This document shows, piece by piece, positions 1-8,211 of a stretch of DNA of 32,000 nucleotides. The notes beneath the pieces are model-generated. The model was not told the origin of the DNA. It saw nothing but the letters and a program-made list of their open reading frames with translations, and did not search any database. Position 1 is the stretch's first letter. Each line of letters starts with the position of its first letter. The DNA is from Candidatus Heimdallarchaeota archaeon (GTDB taxonomy: Archaea > Asgardarchaeota > Heimdallarchaeia > JABLTI01): NCBI GenBank assembly GCA_030614005.1, contig JAUWKS010000035.1, positions 818-32,817 of the forward strand, read 5' to 3'. A program made the translations under genes and the position numbers.

Positions 1-582
1 GAAGAACTACTAAATTATTTGCGCCAACCTACAATCTTGGAACATACATTAAATCATGATGAGATAATTAAATTAGAATCGATTTTTATTTCCGATGGTT
101 TTAAATTCAAACGTGATAGGAAAGGAATAATTCTTCATGATATATTGACAATAGATAAAATTGGACTTAAAGTAAAAAATGGTAATAGTACTCTTTGCAA
201 CATAAAATGGGTTGATATGAAGAATATTAAACTAACAAGTCAAACAGAAAAAGAGTATACAAAGAAGAAGAAATACAAATCAAGATTAATTATCTCATTT
301 GCCTATGCGCTAGATAGAGCAAGTGGAGTTCAATCTGCATTAAGGAATGTGGATAATTTGGATCTTAATCCTATAAGGGTTGAAGCTTCTATTAAAACTT
401 TTAACACGATTTTAATCACATCAGAAAAACAAAAAGATATCCTGTTAAATACTGCAGGTTTTAAATTAACAGGAAAAGTGTCTTTTCCCAAAGAATTAGA
501 CAGTCTAATTTACATTTTAGAACATTTCTTCCACAAAATGAAAAGGGAGCAGCTTGTCCACAATTCAAAAGAAAATAAATGA
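1..582 (+). CDS. Hypothetical protein, 5'-truncated by the window edge
   Basis: Frame 1 is open from base 1 (GAA GAA CTA CTA AAT TAT TTG...), so the TTG at 19 is probably internal. No family recognised. Confidence 0.7.
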   Translation, partial: EELLNYLRQPTILEHTLNHDEIIKLESIFISDGFKFKRDRKGIILHDILTIDKIGLKVKNGNSTLCNIKWVDMKNIKLTSQTEKEYTKKKKYKSRLIISFAYALDRASGVQSALRNVDNLDLNPIRVEASIKTFNTILITSEKQKDILLNTAGFKLTGKVSFPKELDSLIYILEHFFHKMKREQLVHNSKENK

Positions 583-769
583 AGTGAATTTAGAAAAACA
601 GAGGATTCCATTTATCTGTTTTTTGGTTTGGAAAACTCATATTGAAATGGATGGTATTAGTTTACCCTTTCTGGTATTTGGTACTCAGGGTTCAGAAATA
701 GATTTATTTGTTGTTTTGGCTTCTTTAGCAATTGTTCCTATTTTCATAAGAAAAAGAAAGAAGAAATAA
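554..769 (+). pseudogene. Small ORF or gene remnant ending in a CTERM-like membrane anchor
   Basis: C-terminus TQGSEIDLFVVLASLAIVPIFIRKRKKK has the motif + TM helix + basic tail layout of archaeal C-terminal sorting signals. There is no signal peptide or ectodomain, and the ORF overlaps the upstream CDS. Confidence 0.4.
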
Positions 770-991
770 CTAATTCATGAATATCTCTTTCCTCTCTTTT
801 TATCATTTGTTAATAAATTAACAAGTTACAAAATCCAATGATTTTTTGAGGTTCTGGCAACTTCAAATCTTCATTAAGATTGCCTTCTTTACATTAGTAC
901 TTGAAAACTTGACTATTTTGGATCTATTATCTGTAAGAAACAGAATTTTTAAATGATAAAAATAGTTGTGTAATAGACCTTAAAAAATGAG

Positions 992-1495
992 GTGGGTTAT
1001 ATATTGAAACTTACAAGTCTTTGTTTAATTCAGATGGGATTAAATGGATTGGAATTAGTTAAAGCTTTTCCAGCTGTTTTGACGAAAAAAGAAATGAATA
1101 AAATCATTTTTCAAAGTATACCTTTTGGAGCAAACGACGGAGATTTTTTTACAAGAACTATAAATAAAAGAGTTATTTGTGGATATGTTTTTAGTGTTCA
1201 TAAAATTGAAAAACAAAGATCAAACATTGCTACAATAACTGCTGTATTTGATTCAATGGATTTCCAACCAATTTTCATTAAGAATGTGTTTTCTTTGATT
1301 ATTCAAGAACTAAAGAACAACAATATACTATCAATCAATTTAATCGAAGAAATACTTCCAAAGATTTACGATGGATTAATTAAAAAATCTTTTAAAATAA
1401 AAGTAAACTCTGATGTAACATTGGAATTTGATTTTCCTCAAAATGAGGAAACAACAAAAAAGCCTTTCCAAAACTTTAGTGAAGATGTTTGGTAG
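992..1495 (+). CDS. Asgard-type uDENN/longin-like domain protein
   Basis: 167 aa; the pattern GLELVKAFP...IIFQSIPFG...GYVFSV...RSNIATITAVF resembles Asgard uDENN/longin-fold proteins. Family recognised by eye only. Confidence 0.55.
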   Translation: MGYILKLTSLCLIQMGLNGLELVKAFPAVLTKKEMNKIIFQSIPFGANDGDFFTRTINKRVICGYVFSVHKIEKQRSNIATITAVFDSMDFQPIFIKNVFSLIIQELKNNNILSINLIEEILPKIYDGLIKKSFKIKVNSDVTLEFDFPQNEETTKKPFQNFSEDVW

Positions 1496-1574
1496 AAAAG
1501 AAAATTTATTTAGAAGATTTCATTTAAATTTAAAGAGGCGGTAAGCTAATTGGTGTCCTATATATTAAATTTTT

Positions 1575-2483
1575 TTGGAGGAAAAAAATAACTTGGCAAT
1601 TAGTAGTTTTGTATTATTAATGATAAGTGTAAGTGCTATTGTAGCTACAGGCTCTCTTATCTTTTCATTTATTATGGTATGGAATTTCTTCAAAAAGAAA
1701 ACTATGGGAACAGCACTTTTAGCTTTTTTTTATGGAGCTATCGCAATATATCATATAGTTCATTCAGTAATGATGAGTATAGCAGCGCAAAATCCTTTTT
1801 CTCTTCCACATAAAATACTCTTTATTATTTATGTAGCAACACTACTATTGTCATACTATTATTTGTACGTATTTGCTTGTAGACATATTTTTAGAGATAA
1901 TGATTTCGTAAAGTCTTCAATAACTATTATTATGCTCGCTGCGAATGCCGCAATTATTGGTATGATGGCATATGAACTCATACTAGATGTACCATCTCCA
2001 ATCTTTTATGTCATAGATCCTAAACCAGAGTGGAATATAAGCCATTACGTACCTGTACCTTTAGTTTTATTAACACTTTATTTGACATGCGTTTTATTTG
2101 TTGAAATAAGAATTATTTTTAGACTATCATTAACTTTAATCAAGAAAGAAGTTGAAAACGATATTCAAAGAAAAGGACTTCAGCAAATTCTTTTTGGAAT
2201 CTTATCTTTATTTGCTTCAGTACTACTCACAATTATAATCTCTTTACCCAATATCAATAACACACTCTTTTCTATCTTATATATTTTAAGAGGAATGCTT
2301 ACATTGCTAGGTTTACTATTGAGTTATATAGGTTGGATTCTTCCTGAATGGTATGTCAGAAGAGTAAGAAAGACATGGATAGTGTCAAAAATAACAAATG
2401 ATAATGAAATAGAAACACCAAATACAAACTCCAAAACTTTCAATACGGTCGCAGAAAAAAATGATGAAATTGATGCGATGTAA
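1575..2483 (+). CDS. Seven-transmembrane membrane protein (Asgard 7TM type)
   Basis: Seven hydrophobic segments can be counted. TM7 is followed by GWILPEW and a polar C-terminal tail. Confidence 0.75.
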   Translation: MEEKNNLAISSFVLLMISVSAIVATGSLIFSFIMVWNFFKKKTMGTALLAFFYGAIAIYHIVHSVMMSIAAQNPFSLPHKILFIIYVATLLLSYYYLYVFACRHIFRDNDFVKSSITIIMLAANAAIIGMMAYELILDVPSPIFYVIDPKPEWNISHYVPVPLVLLTLYLTCVLFVEIRIIFRLSLTLIKKEVENDIQRKGLQQILFGILSLFASVLLTIIISLPNINNTLFSILYILRGMLTLLGLLLSYIGWILPEWYVRRVRKTWIVSKITNDNEIETPNTNSKTFNTVAEKNDEIDAM

Positions 2484-2499
2484 TTTTTTCTAAATAAAT

Positions 2500-2529
2500 T
2501 TGGAGTAAAAACTCCAATAAATCTTTTTT
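2500..2529 (+). terminator. Hairpin plus T-tract after the 7TM gene
   Basis: TTGGAGT-AAAA-ACTCCAA (2500-2517) followed by TAAATCTTTTTT. Confidence 0.5.
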
Positions 2530-2587
2530 GAGAAATCATTTTTGGATTTTTTCTCCCTGCTTATTTCATTTCAAAAGCTTTAAATAT

Positions 2588-2627
2588 AAATGAGTATTAC
2601 TCAATTATAATTGAGCACTGCTCATTT
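2588..2627 (+). promoter_or_regulatory. Tandem palindromic operator upstream of the Lnt-like gene (probable TetR sites)
   Basis: TGAGTA-T-TACTCA (2591-2603) and TGAGCA-C-TGCTCA (2612-2624) lie directly after the TATA-like TTTAAATATAAA. A related site lies upstream of the tetR gene. Confidence 0.7.
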
Positions 2628-2674
2628 AACAATATTTATTGAGCAATAACATAAGAAAAATTGGTGATAATAAA

Positions 2675-4246
2675 ATGGACGAAACCGTAAATCAAATCAA
2701 ATTTCAAGAAAAAATAAGAAAATTTTTCAGCAAGATAAAACGAGAAACAATTATAGATTATATCTACCTACTAATAGGTTGTTTCTTTTTTGTATTCCTT
2801 GGTTGGCGATGGAACATGCCATTTGCAGCTTGGATTTCCCCGATATTTCTAATGAGATTCTTTAGAAATCAAAAGAAGTTTTGGCCTACACTTCTAGTTC
2901 TGCCTTTCTTAGCTCTAATTACTTTTCTAAAAATGAGAGATGGTTGGGATATTCCGATTTTATTCCAAATTTTATTAAGTGTTTTTGTACCCGTTCTATT
3001 TGTAATGGTTCCTCTCTATATGGATCGTTTTATTGCTAAAAGATATGAGTCAATTTTAGGTTCTCTTGTTTACCCATCAGTAATAGTAATTATTGAATAC
3101 CTTATTGGATTAACCTTACTTGGTTCAACGCTTGTTGTAGGCGGTACGCAATTTCACTTTGGTGTATTTGTTCAATTATCCTCAATTACAAGTATTTGGG
3201 GATTATCATTTCTGATATCTTGGACAGCTTCAGTAATAAACACCTTTTGGGAAAAAGACTTTAAATTCGACTTTAAAAAACCGCCCAAACTAGCAAAAAT
3301 CTATGGTGTGATCATTATATCTACAATGTTATTTGGTGCACTTCGAGTAGCAATTTCAGATCCATCTTCACCTACTGTCCGGGTTGGGTCGATGTCAGTT
3401 GAACATCAAAGAGATTACTGGGGTGAAATTGTAGATAAACAAACACCTGCAGATGAAGCTTCATTGTACCTCCCGGAATTTCAAGCGTTAGAAGATCAAT
3501 TGTTTTCAATGTCTGAGCAAGCAGTAAATGGCGGTGCAAAAATTGTTTTCTGGTCAGAAGGTAATTGTCCTTATTATGAAGATTATGAGCAAGAATTTTA
3601 TAATCGATCAAAAACTTTTGCAATTGAACATAATATCTACTTTGCTCCAGGTGTAGTCAAGTTCTACTATGATTCTTACATCAGCGACAATAAAGTGGTT
3701 ATGTTTGATCCAAATGGCACGCTTGTTCTAGAGTACATTAAAACCAAATCATGGTATGAGACGTATTCTGATGGAATAATCCCTTCTGTCGATACTCCCT
3801 ATGGCAAACTTGCTGTTACAATTTGTTTTGATAATGATTTTCCTAATTTCATTCGTCAAGTAGGTAAAGCAAAAGTCGATATTCTCTTAATGCCTGCTTT
3901 TGATGTTGTAGCTATAAAGGAATTTCATGCTGAAACTTCATTAATAAGAGGGATTGAAAATGGCGTCAATGTTGTCAGGCATGTCAATACGGGTTGTTCT
4001 TATGCTATTGACTATTTGGGAAATGTTATCGCATATCAAGACCATTTTGATACTGTTGAACGGATTATGTATTCCGATGTACCTACAGAAAGAACATTCA
4101 CACTTTATTCTATTTTAGGTGATTGGTTTGCGTATACTAATTTTGCTCTAATGGTTCTCATAATAGTTGATTTTGTTTTTCGACAAACAAAAAAGAGACC
4201 ACTATTTTCTAAGAAAAAAATTATTGAAAGTTCCGATTCTGTTTGA
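2675..4246 (+). CDS. Apolipoprotein N-acyltransferase (Lnt)-like membrane protein, carbon-nitrogen hydrolase (nitrilase) fold
   Basis: N-terminal multi-TM region, then a nitrilase domain with the E-K-C triad motifs VFWSEG, YIKTK and TICFD, then a C-terminal TM (YSILGDWFAY). Start placed at ATG 2675, which has GGTGA upstream at 2663-2667. Confidence 0.85.
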   Translation: MDETVNQIKFQEKIRKFFSKIKRETIIDYIYLLIGCFFFVFLGWRWNMPFAAWISPIFLMRFFRNQKKFWPTLLVLPFLALITFLKMRDGWDIPILFQILLSVFVPVLFVMVPLYMDRFIAKRYESILGSLVYPSVIVIIEYLIGLTLLGSTLVVGGTQFHFGVFVQLSSITSIWGLSFLISWTASVINTFWEKDFKFDFKKPPKLAKIYGVIIISTMLFGALRVAISDPSSPTVRVGSMSVEHQRDYWGEIVDKQTPADEASLYLPEFQALEDQLFSMSEQAVNGGAKIVFWSEGNCPYYEDYEQEFYNRSKTFAIEHNIYFAPGVVKFYYDSYISDNKVVMFDPNGTLVLEYIKTKSWYETYSDGIIPSVDTPYGKLAVTICFDNDFPNFIRQVGKAKVDILLMPAFDVVAIKEFHAETSLIRGIENGVNVVRHVNTGCSYAIDYLGNVIAYQDHFDTVERIMYSDVPTERTFTLYSILGDWFAYTNFALMVLIIVDFVFRQTKKRPLFSKKKIIESSDSV

Positions 4247-4272
4247 AAGGAACTTTCCAACTTTTCTTTTTC
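4224..4272 (+). terminator. Hairpin plus T-tract overlapping the Lnt-like stop codon
   Basis: GAAAGTTCC (4226-4234) pairs with GGAACTTTC (4249-4257), followed by CTTTTCTTTTTT. Confidence 0.5.
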
Positions 4273-4371
4273 AAACAAGATAATCAATTTTACATTTAAA
4301 CATCAAAAATTAGTAATTTTATACTCTTATAGTATGTGTTTAGAAGAAAAGAATGGAGAAAATTTAATTAA

Positions 4372-4384
4372 CGAGCATTACTCA
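4372..4384 (+). promoter_or_regulatory. Probable TetR autoregulatory operator
   Basis: CGAGCA-T-TACTCA matches the palindromes at 2591 and 2612. It lies between the AT-rich TATA-like AATTTAATTA and the ATG at 4393. Confidence 0.65.
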
Positions 4385-4392
4385 CTAACTAT

Positions 4393-5013
4393 ATGGACGA
4401 TAATCAAGAACCAAAATTCCATCGAGATAAAGAAGGAAAAATTAAACTTATTATTGAAACATTTGTGAGATTAATAATAGAAAAGGGTTACACAAATGTT
4501 AGTACAAATCTCGTAGCAAAAGAAGCAGGTTTAAGTATCGGTACAATTTATAATTATTTCAAAAGCAAAGAAGATATTTTACATTCGGCATTCCAAGGAA
4601 CAATTGAAGATTTCATTGACTTTTCAGATATAATAAAAATATTAACAACATACGATTACAAGACAACAAAAATGCTCGTTAGTAAATATCTCGCTAATCA
4701 CAAGGAATACTATCAACTCCACAAAGCCCAAGATCAAGCAATTGCTATAAATCAAGACGTTTTTCATAATTACCAAAAAAATATCGAAGATTATATTCGA
4801 GCATTTTCAGAACAAGTCCGGCAAAGTGTTGTTCAACTAGCAAAAATTCCTGCAGAAACAATTTCAAACGCTATGATGTTAAGTACTAATTTACTGGATA
4901 CACTTGTGCATCAGCATCTCTTTCGAGTCTCATTTTTTGAAAATGACGAAGAATTTGTTGATTATGTTACAAAATTGTTTATTTTTACTCTCAAGCTCTA
5001 CCTCAAAGAGTAA
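4393..5013 (+). CDS. TetR/AcrR family transcriptional regulator
   Basis: N-terminal HTH with the TetR signature: GYTNVSTNLVAKEAGLSIGTIYNYFKSKEDIL. Confidence 0.93.
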   Translation: MDDNQEPKFHRDKEGKIKLIIETFVRLIIEKGYTNVSTNLVAKEAGLSIGTIYNYFKSKEDILHSAFQGTIEDFIDFSDIIKILTTYDYKTTKMLVSKYLANHKEYYQLHKAQDQAIAINQDVFHNYQKNIEDYIRAFSEQVRQSVVQLAKIPAETISNAMMLSTNLLDTLVHQHLFRVSFFENDEEFVDYVTKLFIFTLKLYLKE

Positions 5014-5258
5014 ATTCAGTAAATCAATTTCATATTAAAATACGATTTAATTTGACGGATAAAAAACGCTATTATATTAGATCCATATGTCAAATAAACA
5101 GTGAGCAAGAATCCAATAGTATCTATCAATCTTTGATGGATTTATTGTTTCAGTTGTACAATATTGAGGTTATTACTCTATTTACATCAAAACGCAGATA
5201 GAATTTTTGTTATCTTGGAAGTAAATCCAATGTTTCTCTCAATAACGAATATTTTTAA

Positions 5259-5276
5259 TATAAGTAACTGCTTATA
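5259..5276 (+). promoter_or_regulatory. Palindromic operator upstream of arsR-family gene
   Basis: TATAAG-TAACTG-CTTATA (6-6-6 inverted repeat), 7 nt before the ATG. Confidence 0.6.
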
Positions 5277-5283
5277 GAATTAT

Positions 5284-5652
5284 ATGTCCCGACAAGCAGA
5301 ATTAATAAAATTAGCAGAAATATTCAAAGTTTTAGCTGATCCTACAAGATTACGTTTGATACGGCTACTTGCATCTAATATGGAAGACAAACTTTGTGTA
5401 ATAGATTTAGCTAAGAAATTAAAAATAACACAACCTGCTGCTTCTCAGCATCTTAAAGTTCTAAAGAGTGCTAATTTACTGTACACTCATTTGGAGCGTC
5501 CTCGAAAATATTATTACTTAAATCTAGTTGAGTTGCGGAACCAAAAAGAAAATTTGGATAACCTATTCAAGCTTGCTTTTGTAAAATGCTCTCAGGATGG
5601 TCAATGCCAAGAATGTCCTTTCTTAGATTCTTGTGACGTTGCTAAAATTTGA
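5284..5652 (+). CDS. ArsR/SmtB family transcriptional regulator with Cys-rich C-terminal tail
   Basis: FKVLADPTRLRLI...CVIDLAKKLKITQPAASQHLKVLKSANL is the ArsR wHTH signature. The tail is CSQDGQCQECPFLDSC. Confidence 0.92.
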   Translation: MSRQAELIKLAEIFKVLADPTRLRLIRLLASNMEDKLCVIDLAKKLKITQPAASQHLKVLKSANLLYTHLERPRKYYYLNLVELRNQKENLDNLFKLAFVKCSQDGQCQECPFLDSCDVAKI

Positions 5653-5693
5653 TTTGTTGTTTTTTCAGCAATATTTTAGCTAATCAAAATATA

Positions 5694-5711
5694 TATAAGT
5701 ATATACGCATA
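5694..5711 (+). promoter_or_regulatory. Second copy of the ArsR-type operator
   Basis: TATAAG-TATATA-CGCATA matches 10 of 12 half-site bases of the 5259 palindrome and lies just upstream of the membrane gene. Confidence 0.5.
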
Positions 5712-5723
5712 CACTAATAGCTA

Positions 5724-6485
5724 GTGACGTTTATGACTCAAATAACAAATATTGAAAAAAACGAGATTCAAAAGAAAAATAACTGGTTATCGATTACAGC
5801 TTTAGTACTTATTGGAGTATTACTAATTCTAATTATTAGTTTTACCTTCATGAGAACTGCAGCAGAAATTACAGATATGATACTTGAAGCAACATCTGCA
5901 CTGAAAATATATTATATTGTAACCCATGCACTTTTCTTGGTTACACTAGCAGTTGGGTTTCCACTCAAAAGAATCAGGAAATATATTTTCTTTGGATATA
6001 TTTTGTTCCTATCAGTTTCGGCATTCATTGTATCAATAATATTTGTGATAGTACCAAATATTGTGATTTTTTCTTTATTTACAAGTCTAATTATTTATGC
6101 TTTTATAAACAAGAAAATAAATTTTGATTTGAAAGAAGTATCTATTGCGGGATGGATTTTCGGAATCATTGCGTTAATTTTTGGATTTTGGTATTTGCAT
6201 TGGATAGACGATCCAATTTGGTTAAATGCTTTGTTATACTCTCCTCTCGGAGGTATTAACTGCCCAACAATGATTGCTGTATGCGGATTTTTGATACTGC
6301 AAAGTAAACCTAGATCTCATCTATTGGATTTTGTAATTGGATTCATAACCTGCTACTTTGGATTTTTCGGAGTTTTTCGATTAGCTGCTTATGTAGATAT
6401 TTCTTTAATAATCTGTGGCGGTTTTTTGGTGGTAAGATCCATAATGGATATAATGAAATTTTGGAAAAAGCAAACTGATAATTAA
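5724..6485 (+). CDS. Polytopic membrane protein, possibly DUF6064-like
   Basis: About 7-8 hydrophobic segments. The motif SPLGGINCPTMIAVCGFL recalls the conserved CPT motif of DUF6064-type proteins (recalled, not searched). The start may be ATG 5733. Confidence 0.75.
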   Translation: MTFMTQITNIEKNEIQKKNNWLSITALVLIGVLLILIISFTFMRTAAEITDMILEATSALKIYYIVTHALFLVTLAVGFPLKRIRKYIFFGYILFLSVSAFIVSIIFVIVPNIVIFSLFTSLIIYAFINKKINFDLKEVSIAGWIFGIIALIFGFWYLHWIDDPIWLNALLYSPLGGINCPTMIAVCGFLILQSKPRSHLLDFVIGFITCYFGFFGVFRLAAYVDISLIICGGFLVVRSIMDIMKFWKKQTDN

Positions 6486-7150
6486 AAATCATGAGATTAA
6501 TCATTTTAATCTCTTTATTTTTTTTCCCAAATAATTACATTTTGTTTATATTTTTAGAATGAATATAGTAAATATATTTAATTCTTGATTTTTAGAAATT
6601 ATTATAGTTGCCTTGAGTGAGGAAAAATGCTTTTTGATACACCCTATATAATCGAAATAGAACTTTAAAGCTCTTTTTTCATTTTTTCTACTTCTTGTAA
6701 ACTTTCCTTTTTTGGTCCTGAATCGAAATTTTCCTATTTTCAGAAATGTTTAAATATATGGATGTTCTATAACATCTACAGAGATGTTTAATATCCTCTC
6801 TGGAGTGAAATAAAATGATTGACAAATACACTATCAAAAATACAAGACAGAATATGAGCAGAAAATACAACAAAATAAAAGATAAAATAGCCAACAAGCT
6901 AGGAAGAAATCGTAATAAAAAAACGAGTTAGTTGTATAATAGCAAATGAAAATTTGAGAAATTAGAAAATTAAAACAATAATTCCTTCTAATTTTTCTTT
7001 TTTATATTTAAAATGGTAAAGGTATTTAATTAAGAAAATAAGAACTATATGAGGACACCTATAAAATAAATATATTAAATAATTCTAAACTTAATATTAT
7101 TGATTTATAGTGTAATAATGAAAGTGATGAGTATGATAAAGGAATCAAAC

Positions 7151-7555
7151 ATGGAAAAAATAACAATAAATTTACCACCTGTTGAAATCGCGAGAATAGA
7201 TGTTCTTGTTGAAAACGGTCTTTACCCAAGCCGATCTGAATTTATTAGAACATCCATAAGAAAGACTCTTGATATACACAATGAAATTATTGAAAAGAAA
7301 TTTAAAGATAAAAATTTTGGAATTGGCGTTTATCATATTAGTAAGAACCAAATTGTGAAAGCAATTTCTACAGGAAGGAAATTATCTATCAAAGTTGCTG
7401 GATTATTAATTATTGGGAAAGATGTCACTGCAGATTTGGTCAAGAAAGGAGTTGAAAGTATTAAAGTTTATGGAATTATAAAGGGTTCATCTCAAGTGAA
7501 AAAAGAATTTAGCAAACTAAAATCCTTAGATATCCCAATAGAATTTGAAGATTAG
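7151..7555 (+). CDS. CopG/ribbon-helix-helix family transcriptional regulator
   Basis: EKITINLPPVEIARIDVLVENGLYPSRSEFIRTSIRK is a typical RHH domain, followed by a C-terminal beta/alpha domain. ATG 7151 is preferred over TTG 7100. Confidence 0.85.
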   Translation: MEKITINLPPVEIARIDVLVENGLYPSRSEFIRTSIRKTLDIHNEIIEKKFKDKNFGIGVYHISKNQIVKAISTGRKLSIKVAGLLIIGKDVTADLVKKGVESIKVYGIIKGSSQVKKEFSKLKSLDIPIEFED

Positions 7556-7694
7556 ATTTAATTTTATATGAGAGTATAAATAGAAATCAGTATGGGAATT
7601 GAATGACAGATTAGTATATTCAAACTGAAAGGTGACAAAGGACTAGCCTCTAGGAACGATAATTGTGTTTGTATAAAGAAATGTCAGTTTTTAT

Positions 7695-7780
7695 ATCAAT
7701 AAAGATGAAATATTGTTTATAATAGGGCGTCATCTGGAAATAGAAAAACAACGTTGGTAAAGATTTTCAGCGGTCTTAAT
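7695..7780 (+). pseudogene. Decayed ABC-ATPase N-terminal fragment (Walker A remnant)
   Basis: INKDEILFIIG (7695-7727), then a frameshift, then SGNRKTTLVKIFSGLN. This matches the ABC pattern ExxxIIGxSGxGKTTLxKxxSGL, with AGA in place of GGA. Confidence 0.5.
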
Positions 7781-7868
7781 CGTTCTTCAATGATTGTTAT
7801 ATCTGGTGTATTAAAGTTACAAAGTTATCCTAGGTTTCATCTATTAAATTTTGTAATTGGATTCGTAA
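7772..7868 (+). pseudogene. Decayed partial copy of the membrane gene at 5724-6485
   Basis: Colinear with 6252-6348 at a constant 1520-nt offset. GLNRSSMIVISGVLKLQSYPRFHLLNFVIGF aligns to GINCPTMIAVCGFLILQSKPRSHLLDFVIGF, with 41/48 nt identical over 7821-7868. Confidence 0.7.
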
Positions 7869-7924
7869 TTTTAATTTAATAGTTTCAATCTTATCTTAGT
7901 CTTTGCATAGGGATTGCAAAAAGG

Positions 7925-7932
7925 TTAAATAA
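7925..7932 (+). promoter_or_regulatory. TATA box candidate for the structured RNA/ORF transcript
   Basis: TTAAATAA preceded by purine-rich GCAAAAAGG (BRE-like). The expected start site (~7953-7957) coincides with the 5' strand of the long-range helix. Confidence 0.5.
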
Positions 7933-7954
7933 TATCAGCTAAAAATAAAAACTA

Positions 7955-8192
7955 CTGGAGTTGGACCAAATATGGGTTCGTAACCTATATACCTGATCAA
8001 TTACTAAATTGATAATTGTCTATCTCAGCACTAGACCTTGCTGGGTTTGTAGCCTTGATAGGTTAAATCCATTACCGAGCGCAAGCTGGTTAATGATGAT
8101 ATAGATTTAGAAAAATAAATGATAATTGTAAACATTTCTTGACTTAAAAAAGTCAAAAAGCGGTGGCTCATAACCGCGCTAACCAACTCCAG
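7955..8192 (+). ncRNA. Unidentified ~240-nt structured RNA (5' leader or co-transcribed ncRNA)
   Basis: CTGGAGTTGG (7955-7964) is the exact reverse complement of CCAACTCCAG (8183-8192). It encloses hairpins at 7970-7990, 7996-8013, 8020-8061, 8064-8109 (GCAA tetraloop), 8117-8137, 8139-8156 and 8160-8177. Confidence 0.7.
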
Positions 8193-8211
8193 CCAATTAT
8201 ACTCAATAGAG

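Noticed and set aside
807-824. Palindrome TTGTTAAT-AA-ATTAACAA
   Set aside because: Single copy, very AT-rich, and no second site or linked regulator was identified.
6688-6897. Hydrophobic 69-aa minus-strand ORF
   Set aside because: The hydrophobicity is explained by T-rich composition; there is no SD motif or recognisable family. A small membrane peptide cannot be excluded.
7990-8000. TACCTGATC resembles part of the TPP riboswitch core
   Set aside because: The other hallmark segments (CTGAGA upstream, GCGNAGGGA downstream) are absent, and the downstream gene is not thiamine-related.
8074-8085. 12-mer ACCGAGCGCAAG also occurs in the kinase gene near 21776
   Set aside because: In the kinase it encodes the routine PAS-end ITERK motif; a chance match is likely.
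7955-8192. Retron msr-msd, SRP RNA or RNase P RNA as the identity of the structured element
   Set aside because: There is no reverse transcriptase in the window, and I find no SRP helix-8 motif or RNase P GAGGAAAGUCC motif.
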